Positions 1 through 9,465 of a stretch of DNA of 64,000 nt are shown in pieces (position 1 is the first letter of the stretch; each line of letters begins with the position of its first letter). Made by a program: the position numbers and the translations under genes. Origin of the DNA: Candidatus Aenigmatarchaeota archaeon (lineage in GTDB: Archaea; Aenigmatarchaeota; Aenigmatarchaeia; QMZP01); contig JAPLVB010000048.1 of the NCBI GenBank assembly GCA_026397335.1, positions 136 to 64,135 of the forward strand, read 5' to 3'. The notes under the pieces are model-generated. The model was not told where the DNA came from. It saw nothing but the letters and a program-made list of their open reading frames with translations, and ran no database searches.

Positions 1-802
1 CCTGCCCGCAGCATGCGGCCTGAAAAGGGCAGTTCCAGTCTATTTGTTTCGTTTTCAAGCACTGCCTGAATATCTCTCCCGTATCATCCCCACAGCATGA
101 TTCAGCAGATTCCGAGAATGGGGTATCGAAAAAACACTCAGGGCCGGAGCAGTAGACAGCACCTTTGCAGGCGTCCCCACATGCAGGTCTCTGAATGTCG
201 CACTTTCGGGAGGCGCATACAGGGCATAGGGCGTTGTCACCTCCTGTTCCCGGAGGCTGGCTGCTTATGTTCAGGTGAAAGCTGAATATCCTTTTCTTGA
301 CAGAAGAGAGAAAAGCGCTGAACGTGAAATCATATTCCCCCATTGTGTTGTATGTGTTAATCTTTACTGTATAGTTCTGGAATTTTTCGTTTTCTATATT
401 CTGGGCTTTTGAAGGTGTTATGGTAATGTTAAAATCACAGCCAGGGCATCCCTGAAGGTCACAGTCAGGATAGCATGAAAAAAGCTCAACCTTCACATCC
501 GTAAACTTGCCTGACCAGCTTTCGCACATCGGAAATCCCTGATAATTAAGATTATCGTAACAGAACTGGTCCCCGGGATTGCAGTTCGGAGGGAAAATGA
601 TATTTCTGTTCTTTACTGTTATGTTGAATTCTATGAGGCCGCGGCCGACAACGGGCTTTGAAACTGTTGCATAAAACGGATTAGGGCATCCCAGCTGGGA
701 GTCCGCCTCGGGGTTTGTGTCAGGGCAGGTCTGGGCAAGGACACTCCCGTTAAAAAAACCCCAGACAAGACAAAGAAAAAGGCAGGCAGCAACAAGGATC
801 AT
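1..802 (-). CDS. Partial (3-prime truncated by window edge) secreted cysteine-rich protein. It has an N-terminal signal peptide, more than 25 Cys and several N-x-S/T sites.
   Basis: Manual translation of the minus strand from the ATG at 802..800 runs stop-free to position 1 (MILVAACLFLCLVWGFFNGSVLAQTCPD...CPGCDF...CPVCASRKCD...). It is absent from the ORF track because no stop lies inside the window. The hydrophobic N-terminus followed by AQT looks like a signal peptide. Confidence 0.45.
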   Translation of the reverse strand, partial: MILVAACLFLCLVWGFFNGSVLAQTCPDTNPEADSQLGCPNPFYATVSKPVVGRGLIEFNITVKNRNIIFPPNCNPGDQFCYDNLNYQGFPMCESWSGKFTDVKVELFSCYPDCDLQGCPGCDFNITITPSKAQNIENEKFQNYTVKINTYNTMGEYDFTFSAFLSSVKKRIFSFHLNISSQPPGTGGDNALCPVCASRKCDIQRPACGDACKGAVYCSGPECFFDTPFSESAESCCGDDTGEIFRQCLKTKQIDWNCPFQAACCGQ

Positions 803-906
803 TCTCAGATGGACGGCCTTATCCCATTGCCTCAAGCCGTCAGTCAAGAAATCCATATAATATATTTACATGGGCCGCTCTTATATTATTCGAGGACACT
901 TAGAAA

Positions 907-928
907 GAAGGCGTCTCTTGACGCCTTC
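907..928. repeat. GAAG-hairpin repeat copy R1: GAAGGCGTC-TCTT-GACGCCTTC (perfect 9-bp stem)
   Basis: Seen directly. Abuts the ftsY stop codon and is preceded by agaaa. Confidence 0.8.
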
Positions 929-2042
929 ACTCCAGGAGTTCTTTCACGAACTTCCTGGGCTCGAACATCTCTATGCTTTTGTAATCCTGTCCTGTCCCGA
1001 GGAAAAGTATGGGCTTCTTTATTGCGTAAGAGACCGAGAGGATAGCTCCTCCCTTCTTGTTCACGTCTATTTTTGTAAGAACTATCGCGTCCACCCCAGC
1101 CGCTTTGTCAAAGGTTTTTGCCTGCTCCACCGCGTCATTCCCTGTGAGGGAGTCCACAACCAGAACCCTGAGGTCAGGCTTGTTAACCCTCACGACTTTT
1201 GCAAGCTCGTCCATCAGGTTCTTGTCCGTGTGCGAGCGGCCTGCTGTGTCAGCAAGGACTATGTCATATCCCTTGGTTTTTGCGAACTTAACAGCATCAA
1301 AAACCACTGCAGCGGAATCAGCCCCATACTGGTGCTTGATAACCTTCACCCCGAGCTTCTCCCCGTGCACCTCGAGCTGCTCTATGGAGGCTGCGCGGAA
1401 TGTGTCAGCTGCGGCTATAACAGGGGTGAAACCCCTGGATTTGAGGTAGTGAGCCAACTTAGCGATTGAAGTGGTTTTTCCGGAGCCGTTAAAGCCCAAA
1501 AAAATCATGCATGCAGGCCTCCCCTCCGAGCGGGACTTCTTTATTATATCTTCTATATTAACAGCGCCTTGGTTAACAACATCATAGAGGCTGTCCTCAA
1601 ACGCCTCCTTGACCAAATCCTTTACCCCTAACCTTTTCGCCTGCTTCTGGGCAAGGTTCTCCTTCAACCTCTGCTTCAGGAAGTCCACAACCTCCATCGC
1701 GACATTCGCCTCGAGCATTCCATTCTCCGTCTCGGAGAAGAACTCCTCTATATCCGAATCCGAGAGAGCACGGGCGGTGACCCTTTCCCTCACCCGCCCA
1801 AGCAGACCGGGTTTTTTGCGGGATTCTGCTTCACGGGGCTCTTGAGGAATCTCCAAAACAGGATCCCGCTTTTCAGCAGGCTTGGGTCTCTGAAATTGTT
1901 TTTTCTCTCTGACTTCAGGCCTTTCAACCTCTGGCACAGTAAGCTCTTCCTTGGAAGGCTCCTGTTCTGCTTTTTTGGTCAGCTTCTCCACGGAGTCCTT
2001 GAGCTTTTTTTTCAGAAAGTCAAACATGCACTCGCCTTCCAT
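927..2042 (-). CDS. ftsY: Signal recognition particle receptor FtsY
   Basis: SRP GTPase motifs GFNGSGKTTS, DTAGR and TKIDV, preceded by an N-terminal acidic/lysine-rich region. Confidence 0.9.
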   Translation of the reverse strand: MEGECMFDFLKKKLKDSVEKLTKKAEQEPSKEELTVPEVERPEVREKKQFQRPKPAEKRDPVLEIPQEPREAESRKKPGLLGRVRERVTARALSDSDIEEFFSETENGMLEANVAMEVVDFLKQRLKENLAQKQAKRLGVKDLVKEAFEDSLYDVVNQGAVNIEDIIKKSRSEGRPACMIFLGFNGSGKTTSIAKLAHYLKSRGFTPVIAAADTFRAASIEQLEVHGEKLGVKVIKHQYGADSAAVVFDAVKFAKTKGYDIVLADTAGRSHTDKNLMDELAKVVRVNKPDLRVLVVDSLTGNDAVEQAKTFDKAAGVDAIVLTKIDVNKKGGAILSVSYAIKKPILFLGTGQDYKSIEMFEPRKFVKELLE

Positions 2043-2088
2043 TAATTATTGTCATAATTTATATATGCCAATAAAGCCTAATGTTATT

Positions 2089-3117
2089 ATGGAGCCGCAT
2101 TCTATTGAGCTTCCCAGAAAAATCCTCATGGGCAAAGGCGTTTCCGGAAGGATGCTGGGGCTTTGCAAAGAATTAAGGATTATGGGCAGGCCGCTGGTTC
2201 TTGCTGATTCTGTAACAAAGGGGATAGCAGGCGACCGCGTGTTCCAGGACCTCAGGAATCTGGACGCGAGAATGGAGATCGTAAAGGAGGCTACAATCCA
2301 GGAGGTCGCGAGGATAAGCAGGAGGGCAGGGCCCATAGACGCTGTTATAAGCGTGGGCGGGGGTTCTGTGATAGATGTGGGGAAGGCTGTCGCATTCAGA
2401 AAACAGGTGGACTTCATATGCGTCCCTACCGCTCCCTCACATGACGGGATAATTTCAGCAACAGCCAGCCTGCTGCATGGAAGGAAAAAGGTTTCTGTCC
2501 GCGGGAAGATGCCTCTCGCCATAGTGGCTGACACAAAAATCCTGAAAAGTGCGCCAAAGCGGCTGATAGCATCCGGTTATGCTGACGCGGTCTCAAACAT
2601 AACTGCAGTGTATGACTGGAAGCTCGCAAGGAAGAAAGGCGAGTATTATTCTGAGTATGCAGCCGAGCTCGGGATGCTCGCGGCCAAAAAAGCCATGCGC
2701 TCCGCGAACCTGATAAAGCAGGGGAGCGAGCGTGGCGTTCGCAACCTCATGGAAGCCCTTATAACCTCAAGCGTGGCCATGACAATGGCAGGCTCCTCAA
2801 GGCCTGCCTCGGGAGCAGAGCATGCAATTTCTCACGTGCTTGATAGCATGGGCTCCAGGGCACTGCACGGGGAACAGTGCGGGGTGGCTTCTATAGTGAC
2901 TGCATGCCTGCAGGGTCAGGACTGGTGGAAGATAAGGAAGGCCCTTAAGGATGGGGGAGCTCCCACAACAGCAAAAGAGCTCGGGGTGGGCAGGCAGAAA
3001 TTCCTGCAGGCAATAGTGAAAGCCAGGAATTACAGGGAAAGGTACACAATACTGAACGAGAAGAATGTGGACCTGAAAAAAGCAGAAAAAGCGTGCAAGG
3101 ACACAGGAGTTTGCTGA
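2089..3117 (+). CDS. egsA: Glycerol-1-phosphate dehydrogenase [NAD(P)+] (archaeal lipid backbone synthesis, EgsA/G1PDH)
   Basis: DHQS/GlyDH-fold motifs ISVGGGSVIDVGK and PTAPSHDGI. Start moved to the ATG at 2089 (MEPHSIELP) because the longer ORF would overlap ftsY on the opposite strand. Confidence 0.8.
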   Translation: MEPHSIELPRKILMGKGVSGRMLGLCKELRIMGRPLVLADSVTKGIAGDRVFQDLRNLDARMEIVKEATIQEVARISRRAGPIDAVISVGGGSVIDVGKAVAFRKQVDFICVPTAPSHDGIISATASLLHGRKKVSVRGKMPLAIVADTKILKSAPKRLIASGYADAVSNITAVYDWKLARKKGEYYSEYAAELGMLAAKKAMRSANLIKQGSERGVRNLMEALITSSVAMTMAGSSRPASGAEHAISHVLDSMGSRALHGEQCGVASIVTACLQGQDWWKIRKALKDGGAPTTAKELGVGRQKFLQAIVKARNYRERYTILNEKNVDLKKAEKACKDTGVC

Positions 3118-3314
3118 ACTGCTGGAATGACGGCTTGTATCAATTGGGCCAAGCCGTCCATCGAACTGTGCTGGAAAGAAGGCGGCTCCGCCACCTTCAA
3201 TCGGATACCGGGCAGTAAAAAATCTTATTTATAGAACAGAATCAAAATATAAAGCTAAATAATATCTGAAATTATATAAATTGACTAAATTAATCTTTAG
3301 GTTGGGATGCAAGG

Positions 3315-4100
3315 ATGGAAGTTTTAAGGTACATAAAAAGGAAAAAGAAGCCGCGGGTTTTCAAGTACATAAAGAAGAAGAGGAAAGGCCACCCGCTTCA
3401 CTTCACCCTTATAGATCCGGACAAGCAGATGCCCGAGAAGGCCGCGGAGATAGCGGAGAGGGCAAAGAGATTCGGCTCGGACGCGATAATGGTTGGCGGC
3501 TCGCATCCCACGCAGGCAATGTATCTGGATGACTGCGTGAAGGCGATAAAGGCGAAAGTGGAACTTCCTGTGATACTTTTCCCTTCCGCGCATTCCGGGA
3601 TTTCCGCGTATGCAGACGCGATATTTTTCATGTCCCTCCTGAACTCCAAGTCTCCTCAGTATATAGTTGAGGAGCAGATGAAGGGAGCCGTCCTTGTGAA
3701 GAACTACAAGCTTGAGCCCCTTCCAATGGCATACCTTATCGTGGACTCGGGAGAGACAACAAGCGCTGCATGGATGGGTGATGTGCGGCCCATCCCGAGA
3801 GAGAAGCCTGAGTTTGCAGTGGGCTATGCCCTTGCCGCCAAATACTTCGGTATGCGCTTTGTCTACCTGGAAGCGGGCTCGGGGGCAAAGCAACCTGTCC
3901 CTGATGAGATGATAAAAACCGTGAAGCACAGCATAGAGCCCGAGATGCTGCTGGTAGTGGGCGGCGGCATAAGGGACGGGAAGACCGCAAGGGAAAAGGT
4001 GAAGGCAGGCGCGGACATAATTGTCACGGGAACTGTTGCAGAAGGCAAGGATGAGAGCAAGCTAATGGAAGTGATACAGGCGGTCAGGGGGAAGAAATGA
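3315..4100 (+). CDS. Geranylgeranylglyceryl phosphate synthase (PcrB/GGGPS family)
   Basis: Full-length similarity to the PcrB/GGGPS TIM-barrel family (FTLIDPDK, IMVGGS, VVGGGIR). It lies immediately downstream of G1PDH. Confidence 0.8.
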   Translation: MEVLRYIKRKKKPRVFKYIKKKRKGHPLHFTLIDPDKQMPEKAAEIAERAKRFGSDAIMVGGSHPTQAMYLDDCVKAIKAKVELPVILFPSAHSGISAYADAIFFMSLLNSKSPQYIVEEQMKGAVLVKNYKLEPLPMAYLIVDSGETTSAAWMGDVRPIPREKPEFAVGYALAAKYFGMRFVYLEAGSGAKQPVPDEMIKTVKHSIEPEMLLVVGGGIRDGKTAREKVKAGADIIVTGTVAEGKDESKLMEVIQAVRGKK

Positions 4101-5047
4101 ACAAGGACCTGTTGTCCATAAACGACCTCTCAGTAGAGGAGATGCAGATAGTCTTCCGCAGGGCGGATGAGATACGGAAGGATGCGAAAAGGTATGAAAA
4201 CCTCCTGAAAGGGAGGACCTTGGCTCTGATTTTTGAGAAACCCTCCACCCGGACGCGAGTCTCTTTTGAGGTCGGGATGTGGCAGCTCGGAGGAAAATCC
4301 ATATACATGAACTGGAACGACATGCAGCTTTCCAGGGGGGAGAGCATAAAGGACACCACAAAAGTCATGGAAAGGTACGTGGACGGGATAGTCGCAAGAG
4401 TCTACTCCCACAGAGAAGTGGAGGAGCTTTCAAGAAACGCCAAAATCCCTGTCATAAACGGGCTCTCGGACCTTGAGCATCCATGCCAGGTCCTTGCTGA
4501 CATGTACACAATAAGGGAGAAGAAAAAAGTCCTGAAGGGCCTGAAACTCGCTTATCTTGGGGACGGCGCCAGCAATGTGTGCCATTCCCTCATGCTTGCA
4601 TGCACAAAGCTCGGGATGGACATGTATGTGGCCTGTCCGGAAAAATACTCTCCAAATAAGGAGATCCTGAAACAGGCAGAGGAGAACTCGAGGAAGTTCT
4701 GGACAACCCTGAAGATAGTTCCTAAAGTCGCACAGGCCGTGACAAACGCGGATATAATTTATACAGACACATGGGTGAGCATGGGAGAGGAAGAGCAGGC
4801 GAAGAAGCGAAAGAAGGACCTCAGGCCATACCAGCTGAATTCAGAAGTCCTGAAATTAGCGAAAAAGGACTGCCTTGTCATGCACTGCCTCGCAGCGCAC
4901 AGGGGGCAGGAAATCACGGATGAGGTGATTGACGGACCGAACTCAGTGGTATTTGACCAGGCCGAGAACAGGCTCCATGTGCAGAAAGCTCTCCTGACCA
5001 TGATGCTGAGGGAGCCTCCCAAGCAGGTTTTCAGGCCTTTTTATTAG
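4097..5047 (+). CDS. argF: Ornithine carbamoyltransferase
   Basis: STRTR carbamoyl-phosphate motif plus HPCQ, DTWVSMG and MHCLAAHRG (OTC-type HCLP region with an Ala substitution). The start overlaps the GGGPS stop by 4 nt. Confidence 0.7.
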   Translation: MNKDLLSINDLSVEEMQIVFRRADEIRKDAKRYENLLKGRTLALIFEKPSTRTRVSFEVGMWQLGGKSIYMNWNDMQLSRGESIKDTTKVMERYVDGIVARVYSHREVEELSRNAKIPVINGLSDLEHPCQVLADMYTIREKKKVLKGLKLAYLGDGASNVCHSLMLACTKLGMDMYVACPEKYSPNKEILKQAEENSRKFWTTLKIVPKVAQAVTNADIIYTDTWVSMGEEEQAKKRKKDLRPYQLNSEVLKLAKKDCLVMHCLAAHRGQEITDEVIDGPNSVVFDQAENRLHVQKALLTMMLREPPKQVFRPFY

Positions 5048-5137
5048 TCTGGATGTCCCAATAAGGGATTGATAGAAGCGATTGATTTATGGAAGAAGGG
5101 TTGTAGTGCGTAATCAGAAAAAAAGATGCAGGCTGCC

Positions 5138-5278
5138 TTTAACAGCAGCAGCATCCGGAAGCTGAAGCCTTTTTCTTCATGGTCTTTGCGCTGGCTTTCT
5201 TTGCGGCCTTTTTGGCTGGCATTTCAATCACACCCCAATTTTCTAAATGCGTTAAATCTTTTACATCTATATTTGTCA
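5138..5278 (-). CDS. Hypothetical small protein of 46 aa with a lysine/alanine-rich tail ending in GCCCC
   Basis: Manual translation: MTNIDVKDLTHLENWGVIEMPAKKAAKKASAKTMKKKASASGCCCC. It is below the 60-aa ORF-track cutoff and has no homology anchor. Confidence 0.2.
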
Positions 5279-5350
5279 TGATTCACTTAATAAATGTGCG
5301 GGAATTTGTACCGTTATAAAATATAAATGCATAAACTAGATTATTAGAAG

Positions 5351-5388
5351 GAAGGTGGTTGTAATTAGTTGGTTAGGAACCACCTTCA
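5351..5388. repeat. GAAG-hairpin repeat copy R2: GAAGGTGGTT-N18-AACCACCTTC followed by aattag
   Basis: Seen directly; ends 19 nt upstream of the gatD ATG. Confidence 0.7.
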
Positions 5389-5407
5389 ATTAGACATCGT
5401 GAATGGA

Positions 5408-6769
5408 ATGTATGCAAAAAAACTCCAGTCGATTCTTCGAAAGAAAAAAATCAGCACAGGCGAACGTATCGCGGTAGAGAAGGAGAACAGGAAGTATGAA
5501 GGCCTTCTCATGCCCAGGATAGAGCTCGGGGATCAGGAGTCGCTTGTTCTGAAGCTTGACAACGGCTACAATATCGGGATAAGGTTCGGGCCGGGAGTTA
5601 AGATAGAGAAGTCCCGCACTCATGAGCCGGAGGAAGTGAAGGAGGAGGAAGAGTACGAGCTCGGGAAGACGAAAAAGAGATATCTTGAGGTCAGCTTTGA
5701 CCCCAAAAAACCGCCAGTCTGCCTGGTAACAACAGGCGGGACAATCTCAAGCAGGGTGGATTACAGGACAGGCGGGGTTTATGCAGTCAGCAACCCCAAG
5801 GAGCTTCTGCACAATGTTCCTGAGCTGGCGGAAATAGTGAACATAAGGGAGATGGTAACTCCTTTTACAAAGATGAGCGAGGATATGGATTGTTTTGACT
5901 GGAGAAAAATAGCAGAGATTGCTGCAAAAAAGCTGAACTCGGGAGACCAGGGAGTGGTAATCGGCCATGGAACAGACACGCTCCATTTCACGGCAGCCGC
6001 TCTTTCATTCTTCCTGAGAAACCTTTCCAAGCCAGTGGTTTTGGTTGGCTCGCAGCGCTCTTCTGACCGCGGCTCTTCTGACGCGGGAATGAACCTTATA
6101 TGCGCGGCCCGCGTGGCTGTGAGCGATATTGCTGAGGTTGGAATTTGTATGCACGGGGAGCCGGACGACTCGTACTGCCTTTTCCTTCGCGGGACGAAAG
6201 TCAGGAAGATGCACACCTCAAGGAGGGACGCGTTCCGCCCGGTAAATGATTTGCCTCTCGCCAAAGTCTGGCCTGACGGGAGGCTGGACAAGATAAACCC
6301 TGAGCAGAAAAGAAGGAGCGAGGGAAAGGTGGAGCTTGATATAAAATTCGAGCCGGATATAGCTATTCTAAAAGCCTACCCGGGCTCAGACCCGGGAGTG
6401 ATTGATTATTACGTGAGAAAAGGGTACAAGGGTTTTGTGATAGAAGGGACTGGACTCGGGCATGTCCCCACATTTGCAAAAAAATCCTGGATATCCGTAA
6501 TCAAAAAACATTCCGAGCAAATCCCTTTTGTGGTTGCTCCCCAGGCGCTTTACGGAAGGGTTAATACTGATGTTTACACTAATCTCAGAATCCTCTACCA
6601 CGAAGCGAAAGCGATTCCCGGGGAGGACATGCTTCCGGAGACAGCTTACGTGAAGCTCGGGTGGGTGCTTGGTCACACAAAGAACATGGAAAAAGTTCGG
6701 GAAATGATGCTAACGAATTACGCAGGGGAGATAACGCCCAGAAGCCTGCCTGAAACGTATTTGTATTGA
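5408..6769 (+). CDS. gatD: Glutamyl-tRNA(Gln) amidotransferase subunit D
   Basis: Asparaginase-like core (TTGGTISS, GHGTDTL) after a GatD-specific N-terminal domain. Start set at MYAKK (5408) because a palindromic repeat occupies 5351-5388. Confidence 0.85.
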   Translation: MYAKKLQSILRKKKISTGERIAVEKENRKYEGLLMPRIELGDQESLVLKLDNGYNIGIRFGPGVKIEKSRTHEPEEVKEEEEYELGKTKKRYLEVSFDPKKPPVCLVTTGGTISSRVDYRTGGVYAVSNPKELLHNVPELAEIVNIREMVTPFTKMSEDMDCFDWRKIAEIAAKKLNSGDQGVVIGHGTDTLHFTAAALSFFLRNLSKPVVLVGSQRSSDRGSSDAGMNLICAARVAVSDIAEVGICMHGEPDDSYCLFLRGTKVRKMHTSRRDAFRPVNDLPLAKVWPDGRLDKINPEQKRRSEGKVELDIKFEPDIAILKAYPGSDPGVIDYYVRKGYKGFVIEGTGLGHVPTFAKKSWISVIKKHSEQIPFVVAPQALYGRVNTDVYTNLRILYHEAKAIPGEDMLPETAYVKLGWVLGHTKNMEKVREMMLTNYAGEITPRSLPETYLY

Positions 6770-6792
6770 GTCATAAAGTTATAGTCTTACAC

Positions 6793-6856
6793 GAAGTTGG
6801 CGAAGCCAACTTCTCCGTTAAGTCGCGAATAGCGAATGAAGGCGTGAAACGCCTTC
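6793..6856. repeat. Two tandem repeat copies, R3 GAAGTTGGC-GAA-GCCAACTTC and R4 GAAGGCG-TGAAA-CGCCTTC
   Basis: Seen directly. R4 ends 35 nt upstream of the HD-gene ATG and is followed by tatatcaaat. Confidence 0.8.
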
Positions 6857-6891
6857 TATATCAAATCGCGCATTGTTGCAAGGCGAAAGGC

Positions 6892-7500
6892 ATGAACCGC
6901 AAGATGGAGAAAATCAAGGAGCTCCTGAGATGGGAGCTGAGGAAGAACAACCGCATGTACGAGTGGAACCTGCACCTGATTATTGTGAAGAAGTATGCTG
7001 ACAGGCTTGCAGAGATTTACAATGCTGACAAGGAGATTGTGGAGTTATCCGTATGGCTGCATGACATAGGGAAGATACGTTACGGGGAGATCAACCACCA
7101 CATATCAGGGGCGCAGGATGCTGAAGTGATTCTCAGAGATCACAACTATCCGCAGGATGTTATAGACAAGGTAAAGGAATGCATTCTCACCCACAGGTGC
7201 GAGGCTAAGGACAAGCAGCCGGAAGGCATTGAGGCAAAGATACTGGCGACAGCTAACGCGATGTCCAAGATGGATGTTATCCCTGTATTTTTCTGGGAGG
7301 CCTGCCACGAGATGGGGCTGGGCATCCGGGAATCATGCGACTGGGTAGCTGAGGAGATTGAAAGAAACTGGTCGCGCAAAATAATTCTGCCGGAGGGAAA
7401 GGATATGGTAAGGGACAAATATGATGCTTTCAAAGTCATTGTTGAAACCACGCGGGAGTCCCTGAACGGGGAGAAGAATGTGAGGCTGCAGGTTACATAA
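6892..7500 (+). CDS. HD-domain phosphohydrolase
   Basis: HDIGK motif and downstream His/Asp residues typical of the HD superfamily. Start set at 6892 because two repeat hairpins occupy 6793-6856. Confidence 0.6.
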   Translation: MNRKMEKIKELLRWELRKNNRMYEWNLHLIIVKKYADRLAEIYNADKEIVELSVWLHDIGKIRYGEINHHISGAQDAEVILRDHNYPQDVIDKVKECILTHRCEAKDKQPEGIEAKILATANAMSKMDVIPVFFWEACHEMGLGIRESCDWVAEEIERNWSRKIILPEGKDMVRDKYDAFKVIVETTRESLNGEKNVRLQVT

Positions 7501-7545
7501 CACCAGTTGGTTCATAAATGATACATATGGTTCAAATTAAGAGCA

Positions 7546-9417
7546 ATGATAAATATGCTGGACTATGACAAAATCGGGTTGAAGTGTGGGGTGGAAATCC
7601 ATCAACAATTAGATACAAAAAAGCTTTTCTGCGGTTGCGCTTCCGAATCGCAAGAAGAGCCAAAAGCGGAAATCCGGAGAAGGCTGAGGGCTGTTGCCGG
7701 AGAGCTTGGAGAGGTGGATGTGGCAGCCCTGCACGAGGTTTTCAGGGCCAAGGAATTCCACTACAAAATCTATACGGATGCTTCCTGCCTGGTGGAGATG
7801 GACTGCGAGCCCCCGCACCAGATGAACAGGGATGCCCTGGAGATAGGGCTTACTGCAGCCGCAATGCTTAACTGCGAGATTCCTGACGAGATTCACGTGA
7901 TGCGCAAGCAGGTCATAGACGGCTCGAACACGACAGGATTCCAGAGGACTGCCATAGTCGGCCTCAAAGGATTTCTCCTGACACAGAAAAGCAGGGTTGG
8001 AATTAGCAATGTTTCGATAGAGGAAGAGGCATGTCAGATTCTCGCGACCGAAGAGAAATCCGTGACTTACGGCCTGGACAGGCTTTCCATCCCGCTTGTA
8101 GAGATTGGAACCTCTCCTGACATAAGACACCCGGAACAGGCGAAGGAGGTGTGCCAGGCTATTGGAATGCTCCTGCGCTCCACGGGAAAAGTCAGGCGCG
8201 GCATCGGGACAATACGCCAGGACATAAACATATCCGTCCGCGGCGGAGCGAGAATAGAGATAAAAGGCGCACAGGAGCTCAGGCTTATCCCGAATCTGGT
8301 TGAGAAAGAGGTTGAGAGGCAGCTCTCCCTTATCCGGATAATGAATGACCTGAAGGAGAAGGGTTTTAATCATGTGAAGCATGAAGGAACTAATGTGACG
8401 CAGATTTTCGGGAATTCCACTTCAAAAATAACTTCCGGAAAAACCACATACGCGATAAAAATCCCCGGCCTGGCAGGCTTCCTGAAAAGGAAACTCACCC
8501 CCACGCGCACGATGGGGAATGAGCTCGCGAACTATGCGAGGGTTAAGGCAGGCGTGAAAGGGATAATCCACACGGATGAGGATCTGGAAAAATACCAGCT
8601 TTCTCCTGAATTCCAGAAGCTTTCAGACTCAATGAGAACAGGACCGAATGACCTGCTTATAATAGCTGCAGGAGACTCTGACTCCTGCAGGAGGGCAATG
8701 AGAACGGTTGCGGACAGGATTAACCAGCTGCTTTCAGGAGTTCCGGAAGAAACCAGGAAAGCGCTGGAGAACGGGGACAGCGAATACATGAGGCCGCTTC
8801 CGGGTTCCGCACGCATGTATCCAGAGACGGATATCCCTCCAATCCCGCTTGATCCAGGGAAGCTCCGCGAAATCCGCAAAAATCTTCCCGAGCTTATTGA
8901 AGAGAAAATCAGCCGGTTCTCAAAACAGTACAGGATTCAGGAGGAGCTTGCAAGGCAGGTTATCCAGTCAGGGATGGCGGATACTTTTGAGAAGGGAGTG
9001 AAGATACTGATAGAGCCTGTGCTTGTCGCGAGCACGCTCACATCCACATTAACATACCTGAGGCGCGAGTCAGTTCCGGTAGAAAAGCTCACGGAAGGGC
9101 ATTTCCTGGAGATTTTCAGAGCCCTTGCGCACAAGAAATTCTCAAAAGAGAAGCTTCCCGAGATTCTCAGGCTCCAAGCAGAGAATCCGGCCCTGGGAAT
9201 TGAAAAGATTCTTGAGAAAGCAGGCGCAGAAGCCCTGCAGATGGATGAGCTAAGGCATATAGTGCGGGACATAGTTTCAAATAACCAGCAGGCCCTCTCT
9301 CTTGCGAATCCTGAGAAAGCCCTCATGGGGCTTGTGATGGAGAAGGTGCGCGGCAAGATTTCAGGAAAGCTTGTGGCGGAGGTCCTGAAGGAAGAGATTG
9401 ATAAAAGCCAGAAGTGA
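7546..9417 (+). CDS. gatE: Glutamyl-tRNA(Gln) amidotransferase subunit E
   Basis: GatE-specific N-terminus (DYDKIGLKCGVEIHQQL), a GatB-like core and a C-terminal YqeY-like tail. Confidence 0.9.
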   Translation: MINMLDYDKIGLKCGVEIHQQLDTKKLFCGCASESQEEPKAEIRRRLRAVAGELGEVDVAALHEVFRAKEFHYKIYTDASCLVEMDCEPPHQMNRDALEIGLTAAAMLNCEIPDEIHVMRKQVIDGSNTTGFQRTAIVGLKGFLLTQKSRVGISNVSIEEEACQILATEEKSVTYGLDRLSIPLVEIGTSPDIRHPEQAKEVCQAIGMLLRSTGKVRRGIGTIRQDINISVRGGARIEIKGAQELRLIPNLVEKEVERQLSLIRIMNDLKEKGFNHVKHEGTNVTQIFGNSTSKITSGKTTYAIKIPGLAGFLKRKLTPTRTMGNELANYARVKAGVKGIIHTDEDLEKYQLSPEFQKLSDSMRTGPNDLLIIAAGDSDSCRRAMRTVADRINQLLSGVPEETRKALENGDSEYMRPLPGSARMYPETDIPPIPLDPGKLREIRKNLPELIEEKISRFSKQYRIQEELARQVIQSGMADTFEKGVKILIEPVLVASTLTSTLTYLRRESVPVEKLTEGHFLEIFRALAHKKFSKEKLPEILRLQAENPALGIEKILEKAGAEALQMDELRHIVRDIVSNNQQALSLANPEKALMGLVMEKVRGKISGKLVAEVLKEEIDKSQK

Positions 9418-9465
9418 TATTTTGGATAACACAATGCTTATAAGATTTAATATAAGGATAAAGAC

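Noticed and set aside
809-1469. ORFs of 78-199 aa on the plus strand overlapping ftsY
   Set aside because: They are antisense to a strongly supported FtsY gene and show no motifs; read as shadow ORFs.
3324-3929. 201-aa minus-strand ORF inside GGGPS
   Set aside because: Antisense shadow of a well-supported gene; low-complexity R/H/L-rich translation.
7609-8382. 257-aa minus-strand ORF inside gatE
   Set aside because: Antisense shadow; no recognisable motifs.
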